Of a stretch of 64,000 nt of DNA, positions 18,928-28,839 are shown piece after piece (position 1 is the stretch's first letter; each line of letters begins with the position of its first letter). The DNA is taken from positions 654,970-718,969 of the forward strand of contig CBDCLO010000002.1 in assembly GCA_965218725.1 (NCBI GenBank), given 5' to 3'. Source of the DNA: Nitrosopumilaceae archaeon (GTDB lineage Archaea > Thermoproteota > Nitrososphaeria > Nitrososphaerales > Nitrosopumilaceae). The notes below the pieces were generated by a model. That model saw only the letters and a program-made list of their open reading frames with translations, searched no databases and had not been told where the DNA came from. Made by a program: the position numbers and the translations under genes.

Positions 18928-20253
18928 CTATCTAATCTTGATATATTGATAAGCTTTTGTTTTATTATCAAAACAATACTTAACTGTTTGAAAACTCTTT
19001 CTAAACAACTTAATTTTATTTGTTATCTTTATAGGATCTTTTTTATCAATAATTATATTTTTGATAAAAGTGGCGATTTCCTTCATCTCTGATCTTTTCA
19101 TTCCTAATCTTGTGATTTCTGAGACACCTAATCGTATCCCGCTTGGATGAAAATAATTCTTTCCTTTACGTATGTCTCCTGGTATAAGCTGCCTGTTTAC
19201 AATTATTCCAGCTTTTTCTAAACATTTTTCAGCTTTTCCACCGTCAGAATATTTAGAAATATCCATAACAACCTGATGCGACATCGTAAATCCTTTTTTT
19301 TCTCCAAGTACGTTGAAACCAAATGAGTTTAGTGTTTCAGCTAACATTTTTGCATTATTAATTATATTTTTTGCATAATCTTTACCAAATTCTAATATCT
19401 CTGTAAATGCAATTGCTTTTGCTGCCATATGATGAATATGATGACTGCTAGTGAGTCCAGGGAATGTAGCTTTTTTTATACGTTCTTCATATTCTTTATA
19501 TGAAGATACTAATCCACCTTGTGGTCCAAATAGTGTTTTATGAGTACTCATGGTCATAGTATCTGCACCTTCTTTCAGTGGACTTTGAAATTGTTCACCA
19601 GCAATCAATCCTGCAACATGTGCAGCATCATAGTTTATATGAATATTATGGCTTTTTAAAAAATCTGATAATTCTTTTACTGGATGCGGAAATAAAAATA
19701 ATGAACCTCCAAACATCGCTAGCTTTGGTAGTTTATTTTTCCTATCAAGTTCTTTTATTTTTTTAATTGTCTTGTCAACATCTATGTTCATATTTTCTTC
19801 ATTGAATGGATAAGACTCTATATTTAATCCATGTACTAGTCCAGCTGTTCCGTAGTTTTCCTTTTTCCCATGTGATATATGCCCTCCAGATGGAATTGAT
19901 GTAGCGATCATTACATCACCTGGTATAGTAAATGCGGAATATACAATAAGATTAGCAATTACACCTGATATTGGTCTTACATCTACAAATTCAGTCTTAT
20001 ATATCTTTTTTGCAAGGATTATGCATCTTAATTCAACTTCATCAATATAAGAGCATCCTGCATATACCCTTTCACCTGGCCATCCTTCTGCATATCTATT
20101 TGCAAAGTCTGATATCATAGCTTCTCTAACTGCAGGACTTGTAATATTTTCACTTGCAATCAGTGGAAGTACATTTTCAAATAGTCTGCTGTGTTTTTTA
20201 AGTGACGTAAAAATATTATTGTATGTGTTTTTATAATTAGAGGTATTTGTCAT
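18928..20253 (-). CDS. glyA: serine hydroxymethyltransferase
   Basis: SGGHISHG and the PLP-lysine block STHKTLFGPQGG. I prefer ATG 20253 over TTG 20259. Confidence 0.9.
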   Translation of the reverse strand: MTNTSNYKNTYNNIFTSLKKHSRLFENVLPLIASENITSPAVREAMISDFANRYAEGWPGERVYAGCSYIDEVELRCIILAKKIYKTEFVDVRPISGVIANLIVYSAFTIPGDVMIATSIPSGGHISHGKKENYGTAGLVHGLNIESYPFNEENMNIDVDKTIKKIKELDRKNKLPKLAMFGGSLFLFPHPVKELSDFLKSHNIHINYDAAHVAGLIAGEQFQSPLKEGADTMTMSTHKTLFGPQGGLVSSYKEYEERIKKATFPGLTSSHHIHHMAAKAIAFTEILEFGKDYAKNIINNAKMLAETLNSFGFNVLGEKKGFTMSHQVVMDISKYSDGGKAEKCLEKAGIIVNRQLIPGDIRKGKNYFHPSGIRLGVSEITRLGMKRSEMKEIATFIKNIIIDKKDPIKITNKIKLFRKSFQTVKYCFDNKTKAYQYIKIR

Positions 20254-20307
20254 ATACAAAATTACTTTTCTAGTTTAAAATATGTTTATTTAATCCAGAT
20301 TTGAAAT

Positions 20308-20320
20308 AAGTATAAAAAAG
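20308..20320 (+). promoter_or_regulatory. TATA-box-like element (AAGTATAAAAAAG) upstream of the thermosome gene
   Basis: Centred about 27 nt upstream of ATG 20341. That is the usual archaeal TATA-to-TSS distance, so it implies a leaderless or near-leaderless mRNA. Confidence 0.35.
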
Positions 20321-20340
20321 GGTTTCTTATTTTGTATACT

Positions 20341-22056
20341 ATGAGTGTACAAACACAGAAGGGTACATTACCTGTAGTATTATTAAAAGATGGGTCAAAC
20401 GAAACTAAAGGAGATGAGGCACAAAAAAACAACATAGCAGCAAGCAAAGTCATATCTGATATAGTTCGTTCTAGCCTTGGGCCACGAGGAATGGACAAAA
20501 TGCTTGTAGATTCTTTAGGAGATGTCACAATAACCAATGATGGTGCCACCATTCTTAAAGAAATAGATGTACAACATCCAGCTGCAAAAATGTTAGTAGA
20601 GATTTCTAAAACTACTGATAATGAAGTTGGTGACGGTACTACATCAGCGGTGATATTAGCAGGTGAATTACTAGGAAATGCAGAATCATTACTTACACTA
20701 AATGTTCATCCCACTATAATAGTAGATGGCTATAGAAAAGCTGCCAATAAAACCAAAGAATATCTTCAAGATATTGCAGAAACAATAACACCAGATGACA
20801 AAACCATTCTATTTAAGATTGCAAAAACTGCCATGCAAACTAAATTAGTAAGAAAAGAGTCTGACGAACTAGCAAAAATGGTTGTAAAGTCAGTTTTATC
20901 AATATCTGAGAAAAGCAATGATAGCTATTATGTAGATGTAGATGATATAAAAGTAGAAAAAAAATCAGGAGGATCTGTAAAAGATTCTAGGCTTATACAA
21001 GGAATTGTAATAGATAAAGAAATAGTACATGGTGGCATGCCAAAAAGAGTTGATAATGCTAAAATAGCATTGATTAACACAGCCCTAGAAATAAGTAAAA
21101 CAGAAACAGACTCTAAAATTAATATTACAAATCCACAACAAATGAAAGCATTTTTAGATGAGGAGAATAGTATGATGAAAAATATGGTTGATAGAATAGC
21201 ACAAAATAATGTTAACGTTGTACTATGTCAAAAAGGCATTGACGACATGGTACAGCACTATTTTGCAAAATTAAATATTATTGCAGTGCGTCGTATAAAA
21301 GAAAGCGACATGACAAAATTGTCTAGAGCTACAGGAGGCACAATATTAACAAACCTTGATGATTTAACAGAAAGCGAGCTTGGAGAAGCTGACCTGGTAG
21401 AAGAAAGATCTATAGAAGAAGATAAATGGGTTTTTGTTGAAGGTTGCAAACATCCGAGGTCTGTGACTCTTTTACTAAGAGGTGGATCACAGAGAGTTGT
21501 TGATGAGGTAGAGCGTTCTATACATGACGCTATAATGGTTGTTAGGAATGTTATAGAAAAACCATATGTGGTTGTTGGAGGAGGTGCGCCAGAAACTTAT
21601 GCAGCATCTAAACTTAGAACATGGGCAAAAACACTTGAAGGAAGAGAACAACTCGCAGTTGAAAAATTTGCTGACTCATTGGAATCAATACCGCTTGCTT
21701 TAGCAGAGAATGCTGGAATGGATCCTATAGATACATTAGCTAACATACGTGCAAAACAACTTAAAGGTGAAAAATGGACAGGAATTGATGTAATGAAATG
21801 TCGTATAATTAATATGAAATCTACTGATATTGTTGAACCTTTATCTGTAAAACATCAGGTTGTTTCTTCATCATCAGAAGCTGCATGTATGATCCTTAGA
21901 ATAGATGATGTTATTGCTACTTCCAAATCAGCTGGCCCTCCGCCAGGAGCTGAAGGTGGAATGCCTCCAGGAATGGGTGGAATGCCTCCAGGAATGGGTG
22001 GAATGCCTCCAGGAATGGGTGGAATGCCTCCAGGAATGGGTGGAATGGATATGTAG
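20341..22056 (+). CDS. ths: thermosome subunit (group II chaperonin)
   Basis: LGPRGMDKML, ITNDGATIL, GDGTTS, VVGGGAPE and a C-terminal GGMPPGM repeat tail. I prefer ATG 20341. Confidence 0.9.
   Translation: MSVQTQKGTLPVVLLKDGSNETKGDEAQKNNIAASKVISDIVRSSLGPRGMDKMLVDSLGDVTITNDGATILKEIDVQHPAAKMLVEISKTTDNEVGDGTTSAVILAGELLGNAESLLTLNVHPTIIVDGYRKAANKTKEYLQDIAETITPDDKTILFKIAKTAMQTKLVRKESDELAKMVVKSVLSISEKSNDSYYVDVDDIKVEKKSGGSVKDSRLIQGIVIDKEIVHGGMPKRVDNAKIALINTALEISKTETDSKINITNPQQMKAFLDEENSMMKNMVDRIAQNNVNVVLCQKGIDDMVQHYFAKLNIIAVRRIKESDMTKLSRATGGTILTNLDDLTESELGEADLVEERSIEEDKWVFVEGCKHPRSVTLLLRGGSQRVVDEVERSIHDAIMVVRNVIEKPYVVVGGGAPETYAASKLRTWAKTLEGREQLAVEKFADSLESIPLALAENAGMDPIDTLANIRAKQLKGEKWTGIDVMKCRIINMKSTDIVEPLSVKHQVVSSSSEAACMILRIDDVIATSKSAGPPPGAEGGMPPGMGGMPPGMGGMPPGMGGMPPGMGGMDM
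21955..22053 (+). repeat. tandem 21-bp repeat (4 identical units GGTGGAATGCCTCCAGGAATG plus a partial unit) encoding the (GGMPPGM)4 tail
   Basis: Units at 21955, 21976, 21997 and 22018 are identical at the nucleotide level. Confidence 0.95.
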
Positions 22057-22149
22057 TTACATATCCATTATAATAATTTATTAGCAAACAAAGAACGATG
22101 TAGCAAACAGTATACCATACTAGGTATCTGGAAAGTATATTTGTAATAT

Positions 22150-23610
22150 TTATACATCGAAATAAAGATAAAATTCATGTGGATGTGGTCTAATAGAAAT
22201 CTCTCTCTGATCTTTTCTTTCTATTTCAATTATTTTATCTAGTACAGATCTAGAAAATATTGGACTTAAAAATTCCCTGTCGCTTTCTAGCTCATCAATC
22301 GCTTCTCCTAGACCAGATGGTAGTATATCTATACCTTTTTCCACTCTTTCTATTTTAGACATCTTGAATATATCATCGTGTACCTGGTTTCCTGGATCTT
22401 TTTTCTTCTTTAGTCCATCCAACCCAGCAGCTAAAACAGATGCAAAAACTAAATATGGATTTGATGACGGATCTGGCGCTCTAAATTCTAATCTCTTTAA
22501 GAACGAATATTTCTTTCCATTGAAGTGTTGTGGTATTCTTACTATAGCTGATCTGTTGCTTGAGCTCCAAGCTATATATGCAGGTGCTTCATAACCTGGT
22601 ACTAGTCTATGATATGAATTAGTTGTAGGATTTGAAATTGCAGTTAATGCCTTTGCATGGCTCAGTATTCCTCCACAGAAATATCTTCCTATTTGACTAA
22701 GCTCATCACTATCATTCTCATCATAAAAAACATTGTTTTTTCCCTTCCATAAACTTACATTTGTATGCATTCCTGATCCTGCATCCATTGCTATTGGTTT
22801 TGGCATCATTGTAGCGATTTTATTGTACTTCTGTGCAACATTACGGACAACAAATTTATAAGTTTGTGTAGCATCAGCCGCAGCAGTTAATTGATCATAT
22901 CTTATGTCTATTTCGCACTGTCCAGCTGTTGCTACTTCATGATGATGATTATCGCATAAAATACCAAAATATTCATTCAAAACATCTACACATTCATTTC
23001 TAAATGGTGTTAATGTGTCAGAAGGTGTACTTGGATAATATCCTTCTTTTAATCCCATTGGATATCCAGTCCCGTCTTCACTCCATGGAGCTTCCTTTGA
23101 TTCAATAGAGTATGATTGCCCTTTATACGGGGTTAGTACATCCCAATGAATTTTATCAAATACAAAAAATTCTACTTCTGGTCCCCATAAGCTATAATCA
23201 AACATCTGCTTGTTAAGATATTTTTCAGCCATTTGTGCTATTCCTCTAGGATCTCGTTCTAATCTACCTCTATCTTTTCCCCAATATACATCGCATATTA
23301 ACCTGGCAGTTTTGTTGTCTAACATCCATGGTATAACTGCATATGAATTAGAATCTGGTTTCAAAATAAGATCCGAATCATCGATATTGGTAAAGCCTAT
23401 AATAGAAGATCCATCCAACTTGGGTAGACCATCATTCATTTGATCCATTGTAAATGTGTCAGTAGATATAGTAGTATGATGGAACCGTCCAACTAAACTA
23501 GAAAACTGTAGATCTATGAATTTTATTTTATCCTGTTCTATTTTTTTAAAAATATTATTTATGGAATACTTGACCAGCTTTGCCTTTCCATCGATCACTT
23601 TATATGGCAA
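22150..23610 (-). CDS. glnA: glutamine synthetase type I
   Basis: PKPIAMDAGSGMHTNVSLW, NSYHRLVPGYEAP, RIPQ, LEFRAPDPSSNPYL. TTG start. Confidence 0.9.
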   Translation of the reverse strand: MPYKVIDGKAKLVKYSINNIFKKIEQDKIKFIDLQFSSLVGRFHHTTISTDTFTMDQMNDGLPKLDGSSIIGFTNIDDSDLILKPDSNSYAVIPWMLDNKTARLICDVYWGKDRGRLERDPRGIAQMAEKYLNKQMFDYSLWGPEVEFFVFDKIHWDVLTPYKGQSYSIESKEAPWSEDGTGYPMGLKEGYYPSTPSDTLTPFRNECVDVLNEYFGILCDNHHHEVATAGQCEIDIRYDQLTAAADATQTYKFVVRNVAQKYNKIATMMPKPIAMDAGSGMHTNVSLWKGKNNVFYDENDSDELSQIGRYFCGGILSHAKALTAISNPTTNSYHRLVPGYEAPAYIAWSSSNRSAIVRIPQHFNGKKYSFLKRLEFRAPDPSSNPYLVFASVLAAGLDGLKKKKDPGNQVHDDIFKMSKIERVEKGIDILPSGLGEAIDELESDREFLSPIFSRSVLDKIIEIERKDQREISIRPHPHEFYLYFDV

Positions 23611-23670
23611 TTTTGTATCGTAAGATAAGGCAACATGATCCGCAATTTAAGGATTGCCAGTGTGGTTTAA

Positions 23671-24216
23671 ATGGTAGAATCAAATATAACAGATCTTAAT
23701 TCATTGTTCACAGTAGTGTTGAGAGAAGCTGAGACTAATGACATACAAGAAATAGACTCTAATTTTTATATTTCAATTTCAATTCTTCTCAATAAAATAA
23801 AAAATGAAGAATATAATAACATAGAAGCAAAAACCAGGGACACATTATTTGATATTTTTTCTGAGCTAGTATCAATATTTTTAAAAGCTAGGCTTTGTAA
23901 GTCCATCAAATTACATACATTTGTCAACTTACTTGATGAAGAACAATTTATTCTTGAATCTAATGATGAATTTAAAACAAGAAAAAACACATTTCTTTCT
24001 GCAGCACTAAATGGTAGACATAAATTTATAGAAACCATATCTAATTCATTTAAAACCAAATTAGTTGTGGTGCGGTTTTTAAAAAGTTTGGATGAAATTA
24101 TTGGTTTTGATTTTAACAAATATGGTCCCTTTGAGATTGAGGATGTAGCTAACGTTCCCAATAAAAATGCACAAGTACTAATAAACAAAAAAATCGTTGA
24201 AAAAATCACATTTTGA
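23671..24216 (+). CDS. GINS complex subunit (Gins51/Gins15-like)
   Basis: N-terminus L..VLREAE...IQEIDSNFY, and C-terminal B-domain VVRFLKSLDEIIGFDFNKYGPFEIEDVANVP...AQVLI. This mirrors archaeal Gins51. Confidence 0.55.
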   Translation: MVESNITDLNSLFTVVLREAETNDIQEIDSNFYISISILLNKIKNEEYNNIEAKTRDTLFDIFSELVSIFLKARLCKSIKLHTFVNLLDEEQFILESNDEFKTRKNTFLSAALNGRHKFIETISNSFKTKLVVVRFLKSLDEIIGFDFNKYGPFEIEDVANVPNKNAQVLINKKIVEKITF

Positions 24217-24219
24217 TCA

Positions 24220-24477
24220 ATGTCTCATATAGATATAGACATAATAGATTTTATTTTATTAACAGTGTATCCCGTGTTATTACTTTTGATTATAGAAATT
24301 ATTCATATGACACTTAAGTTTCATATCTGGCTTAAGTTGTTAATACAAGCTTTGACATTAGTTATATTTGGTGTAGTATATATAGCAGTAATAGAATCTC
24401 ATTGGTTTACTGCATTAGTATTATTTTCGTTATCAGCTGCATTATTATACCAATCAAAAAAATCAAAATATATGTAA
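24220..24477 (+). CDS. small membrane protein (2-3 TM), hypothetical
   Basis: 85-aa hydrophobic ORF starting 4 nt after the GINS stop. Confidence 0.3.
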   Translation: MSHIDIDIIDFILLTVYPVLLLLIIEIIHMTLKFHIWLKLLIQALTLVIFGVVYIAVIESHWFTALVLFSLSAALLYQSKKSKYM

Positions 24478-24552
24478 AATAACCAGCAAGAATTAATATA
24501 TAAAACATATTTGTGTTAATACAACTTAATTTTTAAATATGTTACAAAATAT

Positions 24553-25305
24553 ATGATATTTACTGTGGTAAAAAGTATAGTTGCAATTGTTACAGGATCT
24601 AGTAGCGGAATTGGATATTCTACAGCACTGCGTTTATCAAAATATAAAATAAGAGTTGCAATAGGTGCTAGAAGAATTGAAAGACTAAAAAAACTGGAGA
24701 AAAAAATAATTGAAAAAGGAGGTGAGGTATTATCACAAAAACTAGATGTCTCAAAAAAGTCTAGCTGTGACTCATTTATTGATTATGTTATTAAAAAATG
24801 GAACCAAATTGATATCTTAGTAAACAATGCGGGCATAATGCCACTTAGTTTCATAAGAAATTTAAAAATCAATGAGTGGGAGAAAATGATTGATGTAAAC
24901 ATTAAGGGTACTTTGTATTGTACCGCAGCAGTACTTCCATACATGATAAAACAAAAATCTGGACATATAATAAACATCTCATCGATTGCAGGTAGAATTG
25001 TTTTTCCAGCTGGTAGTGTATACTGTGCTACAAAGCATGCTATTAATGCATTTACTGAAGGTTTAAGACAAGAACTTAGCTCAAGATACTCTATTAGAAT
25101 TACAAACATTGAACCAGGTGCGGTGAAAACAGAATTGATTAACACCATCACTGATACCTCACTACAAGAATTTATAGATAACAGTAAAAATTTTTTTTCA
25201 CTTAGATCTGATGATATAGCTGATGCCATATTATTTGCAATAACAAGACCAAAGCATGTAAATATCAATGAACTCTTAATAAGGCCAACACCTCAAAAAT
25301 TATAA
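24553..25305 (+). CDS. short-chain dehydrogenase/reductase (SDR)
   Basis: TGSSSGIG, NNAG and the S...YCATKHA catalytic motif. Confidence 0.85.
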   Translation: MIFTVVKSIVAIVTGSSSGIGYSTALRLSKYKIRVAIGARRIERLKKLEKKIIEKGGEVLSQKLDVSKKSSCDSFIDYVIKKWNQIDILVNNAGIMPLSFIRNLKINEWEKMIDVNIKGTLYCTAAVLPYMIKQKSGHIINISSIAGRIVFPAGSVYCATKHAINAFTEGLRQELSSRYSIRITNIEPGAVKTELINTITDTSLQEFIDNSKNFFSLRSDDIADAILFAITRPKHVNINELLIRPTPQKL

Positions 25306-25483
25306 TAAATCATTTTGTTAATTTTTTTAGATAGCAATAAATAGATTTATGAGTTCATTGTATGGTTATGAGATTTACCACATATTTTTACTTTTAGGTT
25401 AAATGCAGTAGTGTGTACAATAGTTTTTATTAATAAAAAGCAAAATATAGATGCTAATAGTAGTATGAGTGATTTTAAATTAT

Positions 25484-25557
25484 GGGGCTATGGTCTAGAT
25501 TGGAATGATTCCAGCTTGGGGTGCTGGCGACCGCAGGTTCAAATCCTGCTAGCCCCA
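25484..25557 (+). tRNA. tRNA-Pro (anticodon GGG)
   Basis: Folded by hand. Acceptor GGGGCTA/TAGCCCC; anticodon stem CCAGC/GCTGG with loop TTGGGGT; T arm GCAGG-TTCAAAT-CCTGC; 74 nt; no encoded CCA. Confidence 0.85.
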
Positions 25558-25653
25558 TTCTAAAGTTGTGTACATAAATTTAATTTACAGTTATTAAATG
25601 AGTTGTTTAAAATAACATTTTGTTAAAAAATATAGAATTTATTAATTTATACA

Positions 25654-26403
25654 CTAATATATTTTTAAAACTTTTAGTACTTGTTCAAAATTACTACTAG
25701 TAATATCGTGCTTATACATTCTTAATGATTCTATCAGCTCAATTTTAGATATTTTATAATTTTTAATTTTAGTTGGTGATGATGATCTCATGTATATACT
25801 TTGAGTTGCAGAAGTTACATTTGATGTTTTTCTTTCTATACTTGCATTTTCGAAATCAATTATAGTTGTTTTAGATTTGCCTACTATCACATGTTTTTCC
25901 ATATTACTTAATTCTCCATGATCCATTCCTATACTATCAAGCTTATAACAATCAAAAAGTATCTTTTTTATTGTATTTTTAATTGCATGTTTATTTTTAG
26001 TTTTATTCATCCATTTATTTATTGTTTTTCCATCTAAATACTCCATAATTATAAAATTTTCGCTGCAATCAATTATTTTAGGACCAACGTCAATATTGTT
26101 TGCAATTTTAAGGAGGTTATACTCTTTGTACATTTTTTGTTGATGTGAATCAACGCGTTTTATTTTTATTGCAATTTTTTTATTGTATCTTTTTGCCAGT
26201 ATCACTATTCCATTATGTCCTTTACCTAAAATATTAATTGTATTTATTTTTGTATCTCCAAAAAATGATACGCTCTCAATACCCAGTCTTTTAATCTCAT
26301 TATATCTGGATTTAATCTGTTCTTTTGTTGCAGTTGGATAACCTAATACCAAGAAATATGGTTTTTCTAGTATTTTATAAACTGGAAGAAAATATTCTTT
26401 CAT
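25654..26403 (-). CDS. predicted Ser/Thr protein kinase (RIO/Bud32-like, COG2112-type)
   Basis: GKGHNGIVILAK..IAIKIK (Gly loop plus Lys), IIMEYLDG, DHGELS..HVIV, TIIDFENAS. Start at ATG 26403 or 26430; either overlaps the cca 3' end. Confidence 0.5.
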   Translation of the reverse strand: MKEYFLPVYKILEKPYFLVLGYPTATKEQIKSRYNEIKRLGIESVSFFGDTKINTINILGKGHNGIVILAKRYNKKIAIKIKRVDSHQQKMYKEYNLLKIANNIDVGPKIIDCSENFIIMEYLDGKTINKWMNKTKNKHAIKNTIKKILFDCYKLDSIGMDHGELSNMEKHVIVGKSKTTIIDFENASIERKTSNVTSATQSIYMRSSSPTKIKNYKISKIELIESLRMYKHDITSSNFEQVLKVLKIY

Positions 26404-27706
26404 TTGTAGATGCAATACTAACCAATACATCTTTAAGCAACTTACATTTTACTTTGTTACCATATGTTATTATAAAGCCATTTTTTATATCATCTTTCAA
26501 GTCATTAGGAATTCCAATTTTTTTAAGATTATCTTTTAATAGTTGCTGTAAAAATAATTTAATGTCGGTGTAGCGTCTTTTTTTTAGTGTATAGATCTTG
26601 CCATCATCATTGATCCATATAAGTTTGTTTTTTTTATTTTTAATAATAAATTTATTACAGTCAAACTCAGAAAAAAAATTTGGGCCACCTTTAACATAAT
26701 ATTTTTCTATCATTGTTTCTTTTATTAGAAATAATAAGTTAGAGTTATTTTTTTCATCAGTAAATGCAGTGTATCTTAGAACCTCAAAACCAGCTGACTT
26801 TATCTGTGTTGATAATGATTTAGATGTTTTTTTTATTTGTCCCCAAATTATATCGGGGCTTTTTATCTTATGATGGAATTTAATAATTATGACATTTCTT
26901 ATATTTGGAGTTATCTTTGTTATTTTTTGCTTAAAAAATGTAATTGATGGATTATTTAGAAATGATCTGCATGTCATTATCATTTTACCTATATTTTCAA
27001 CTGAAATAGCTGCAGCTAGATTTCTGTTTTCATCTATTGGATCAATTATGGTTACCGCGGTATTAAATTTTTTTGTTGTTTTTCCTATTATTGTATTGTG
27101 TTTTAATTTAGCAATAGAGTTTATTGTATTTTGAAAATTTCCAAAATTATGTATCAAGACTTCTGAAACATAACCACTGAATCCTTGTTTTGCCATCTCT
27201 GATCCATACATCTCGTTATTCTTAAGAAATACTTTAAGTAACCTAACATCATTTTTCATTTTATCTGTAAGAGATTTTGACATAAACTTTGTATGAAATG
27301 TTGATCTATCTGCAGAACTTTTCCATTTACCTAGTTTTACATCATAACATGGTACTACATTGATTTTTGTTTTTTTGATAGTTGCTTCTACATATGGATG
27401 CTCTGAATATCTTGTATGTGGACAAAATTTTTTTAAAGAATTAAAACCAACTAATTTTGTTATATTTATAAATTCACTTCTAGTAGTAGTACTATCAAAT
27501 TTTATAAAAATATCTATGTCAGCATCTGTTGATAGCCATGTTCCCTTTGCATATGATCCCCCAAATTCAACATTTGTTATTTGTTTATATTTCATAGTTT
27601 GATTTTTAACTAAATCAATTGCTTTATCTGCAATTCTGCATTTTTCTAATGTGATTTTTTTTGATGGTATTGATAAGATAATTACTTTTTTGACTATATC
27701 ATTCAT
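26375..27706 (-). CDS. cca: CCA-adding enzyme (archaeal class I tRNA nucleotidyltransferase)
   Basis: VEFGGSYAKGTWLSTDADIDIFIKF nucleotidyltransferase motif. ATG 27706 overlaps the ligT stop as ATGA. Confidence 0.85.
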   Translation of the reverse strand: MNDIVKKVIILSIPSKKITLEKCRIADKAIDLVKNQTMKYKQITNVEFGGSYAKGTWLSTDADIDIFIKFDSTTTRSEFINITKLVGFNSLKKFCPHTRYSEHPYVEATIKKTKINVVPCYDVKLGKWKSSADRSTFHTKFMSKSLTDKMKNDVRLLKVFLKNNEMYGSEMAKQGFSGYVSEVLIHNFGNFQNTINSIAKLKHNTIIGKTTKKFNTAVTIIDPIDENRNLAAAISVENIGKMIMTCRSFLNNPSITFFKQKITKITPNIRNVIIIKFHHKIKSPDIIWGQIKKTSKSLSTQIKSAGFEVLRYTAFTDEKNNSNLLFLIKETMIEKYYVKGGPNFFSEFDCNKFIIKNKKNKLIWINDDGKIYTLKKRRYTDIKLFLQQLLKDNLKKIGIPNDLKDDIKNGFIITYGNKVKCKLLKDVLVSIASTNERIFSSSL

Positions 27707-28228
27707 AATTTTGCATTTAATGCTTGTAAGTTTGTGCATACTGACCCATATCTAGTTATTTTACGTGACTTGAATTTTATTTCTGGGACTAGCTGTTTTC
27801 CTAATTCATAAGATCCAGAACTGTGTACTTTTTTTATGTAATCATCTGCTTTTTTAACTCTAAACATGGTTACGTGCGGACTTAAATGTTTTCTATCTGA
27901 TATATTCCATTGGGGCATATCAATTATTTTGTTTCTAATGTTAAGTACTATATTATTTGATATACCGTCAGTTTTAATCCAAATCATACTTGAATCATAT
28001 TTTGTGAATGAATCAACTATGAAATTTAAACAAAAACTCCTAAAACTAATTTTCTGTAAAGTCTCTTTTATTTTATATGATTTAATATCAGTCATATCTC
28101 CAAAAAATAATACCGTGAGATGTAAGTCATATGAATCAGATCTTTTTATATATATGAACCTCTTTTGTATTTTTTTAATATTTCCTATTATATCGTCCGT
28201 TAATTTCCATAGCTATGAATATTCTCAT
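27703..28228 (-). pseudogene. thpR: 2H-phosphoesterase LigT/ThpR (RNA 2',3'-cyclic phosphodiesterase) with an apparent +1 frameshift near codon 9
   Basis: The track ORF (27703..28095) carries the second HxTx motif, HVTMFRV. My upstream translation in the same frame gives ...TDDIIGNIKKIQKRFIYIKRSDSYDLHLTVLFFGD (first HxTx motif) with no start codon. ATG 28228 in another frame gives MRIFIAMEI..., a typical LigT N-terminus, and stops after 17 codons. Confidence 0.6.
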
Positions 28229-28293
28229 ATATACTACGCGACTAATCACAATTATTTATAAACTTCATATTATATCAACTACATTAATTAAAT

Positions 28294-28839
28294 TTGGAAA
28301 AACTGATAGTATGCATAACTGGTATGCCTGGTGCTGGTAAATCTACCATTGCAAACGGTTTAAAACTAAAAGGATTTTATGTCATTAATATGGGTAATAT
28401 TGTAAGAGAAATAGCAAAAAAAAACAGTATAATCCCTACGTTGCATAACTTGGGCACCATCATGTATAATATTAGAAAACAACACGGTACAGGAGTAATA
28501 GCTAATATTATAAAAAAAAAAATTGTTGGCTGTACTTCTAACGTTATAATCATAGATGGTGTGAGATCTACTGATGAATTTGAAATACTAAAAAAATTTG
28601 GTAATGCCAAGATTTTATCGATTCATGCATCTACTAATAGACGCTATAGACTTTTATCAAAACGCAAACGATCTGATGATCCTAAAACCAAAAAATGTTT
28701 TAATGATCGTGACATGAAGGAAATTAGAGTTGGCATAAGTACGCTTATTACATTATCTGATGAAAATATATCTAACAACAATTTAACAATTCAAGAGTTA
28801 ATTGATTCGTCTTATAGAACAATCAAAAATTGGTTATAA
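28294..28839 (+). CDS. UPF0200-type P-loop nucleotide kinase (dephospho-CoA-kinase-like)
   Basis: CITGMPGAGKST, NMGNIVRE, IIDGVRS..EF, RRYRLLSKRKRSDDP, DRDMKEIRVGI. TTG start. Confidence 0.55.
   Translation: MEKLIVCITGMPGAGKSTIANGLKLKGFYVINMGNIVREIAKKNSIIPTLHNLGTIMYNIRKQHGTGVIANIIKKKIVGCTSNVIIIDGVRSTDEFEILKKFGNAKILSIHASTNRRYRLLSKRKRSDDPKTKKCFNDRDMKEIRVGISTLITLSDENISNNNLTIQELIDSSYRTIKNWL

Noticed and set aside
23766-25268. Minus-strand ORFs of 147 aa (antisense to GINS) and 161 aa (antisense to the SDR)
   Set aside because: The sense-strand genes carry clear family motifs. The antisense products are low-complexity, rich in Ser/Leu/Phe/Ile.
25412-25574. 8-bp direct repeat TGTGTACA on both sides of tRNA-Pro (25412-25419 and 25567-25574) as possible att sites of an integrated element
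   Set aside because: The repeats do not overlap the tRNA 3' end, they are only 8 bp long, there is no integrase or foreign-looking gene nearby, and the flanking genes are housekeeping.
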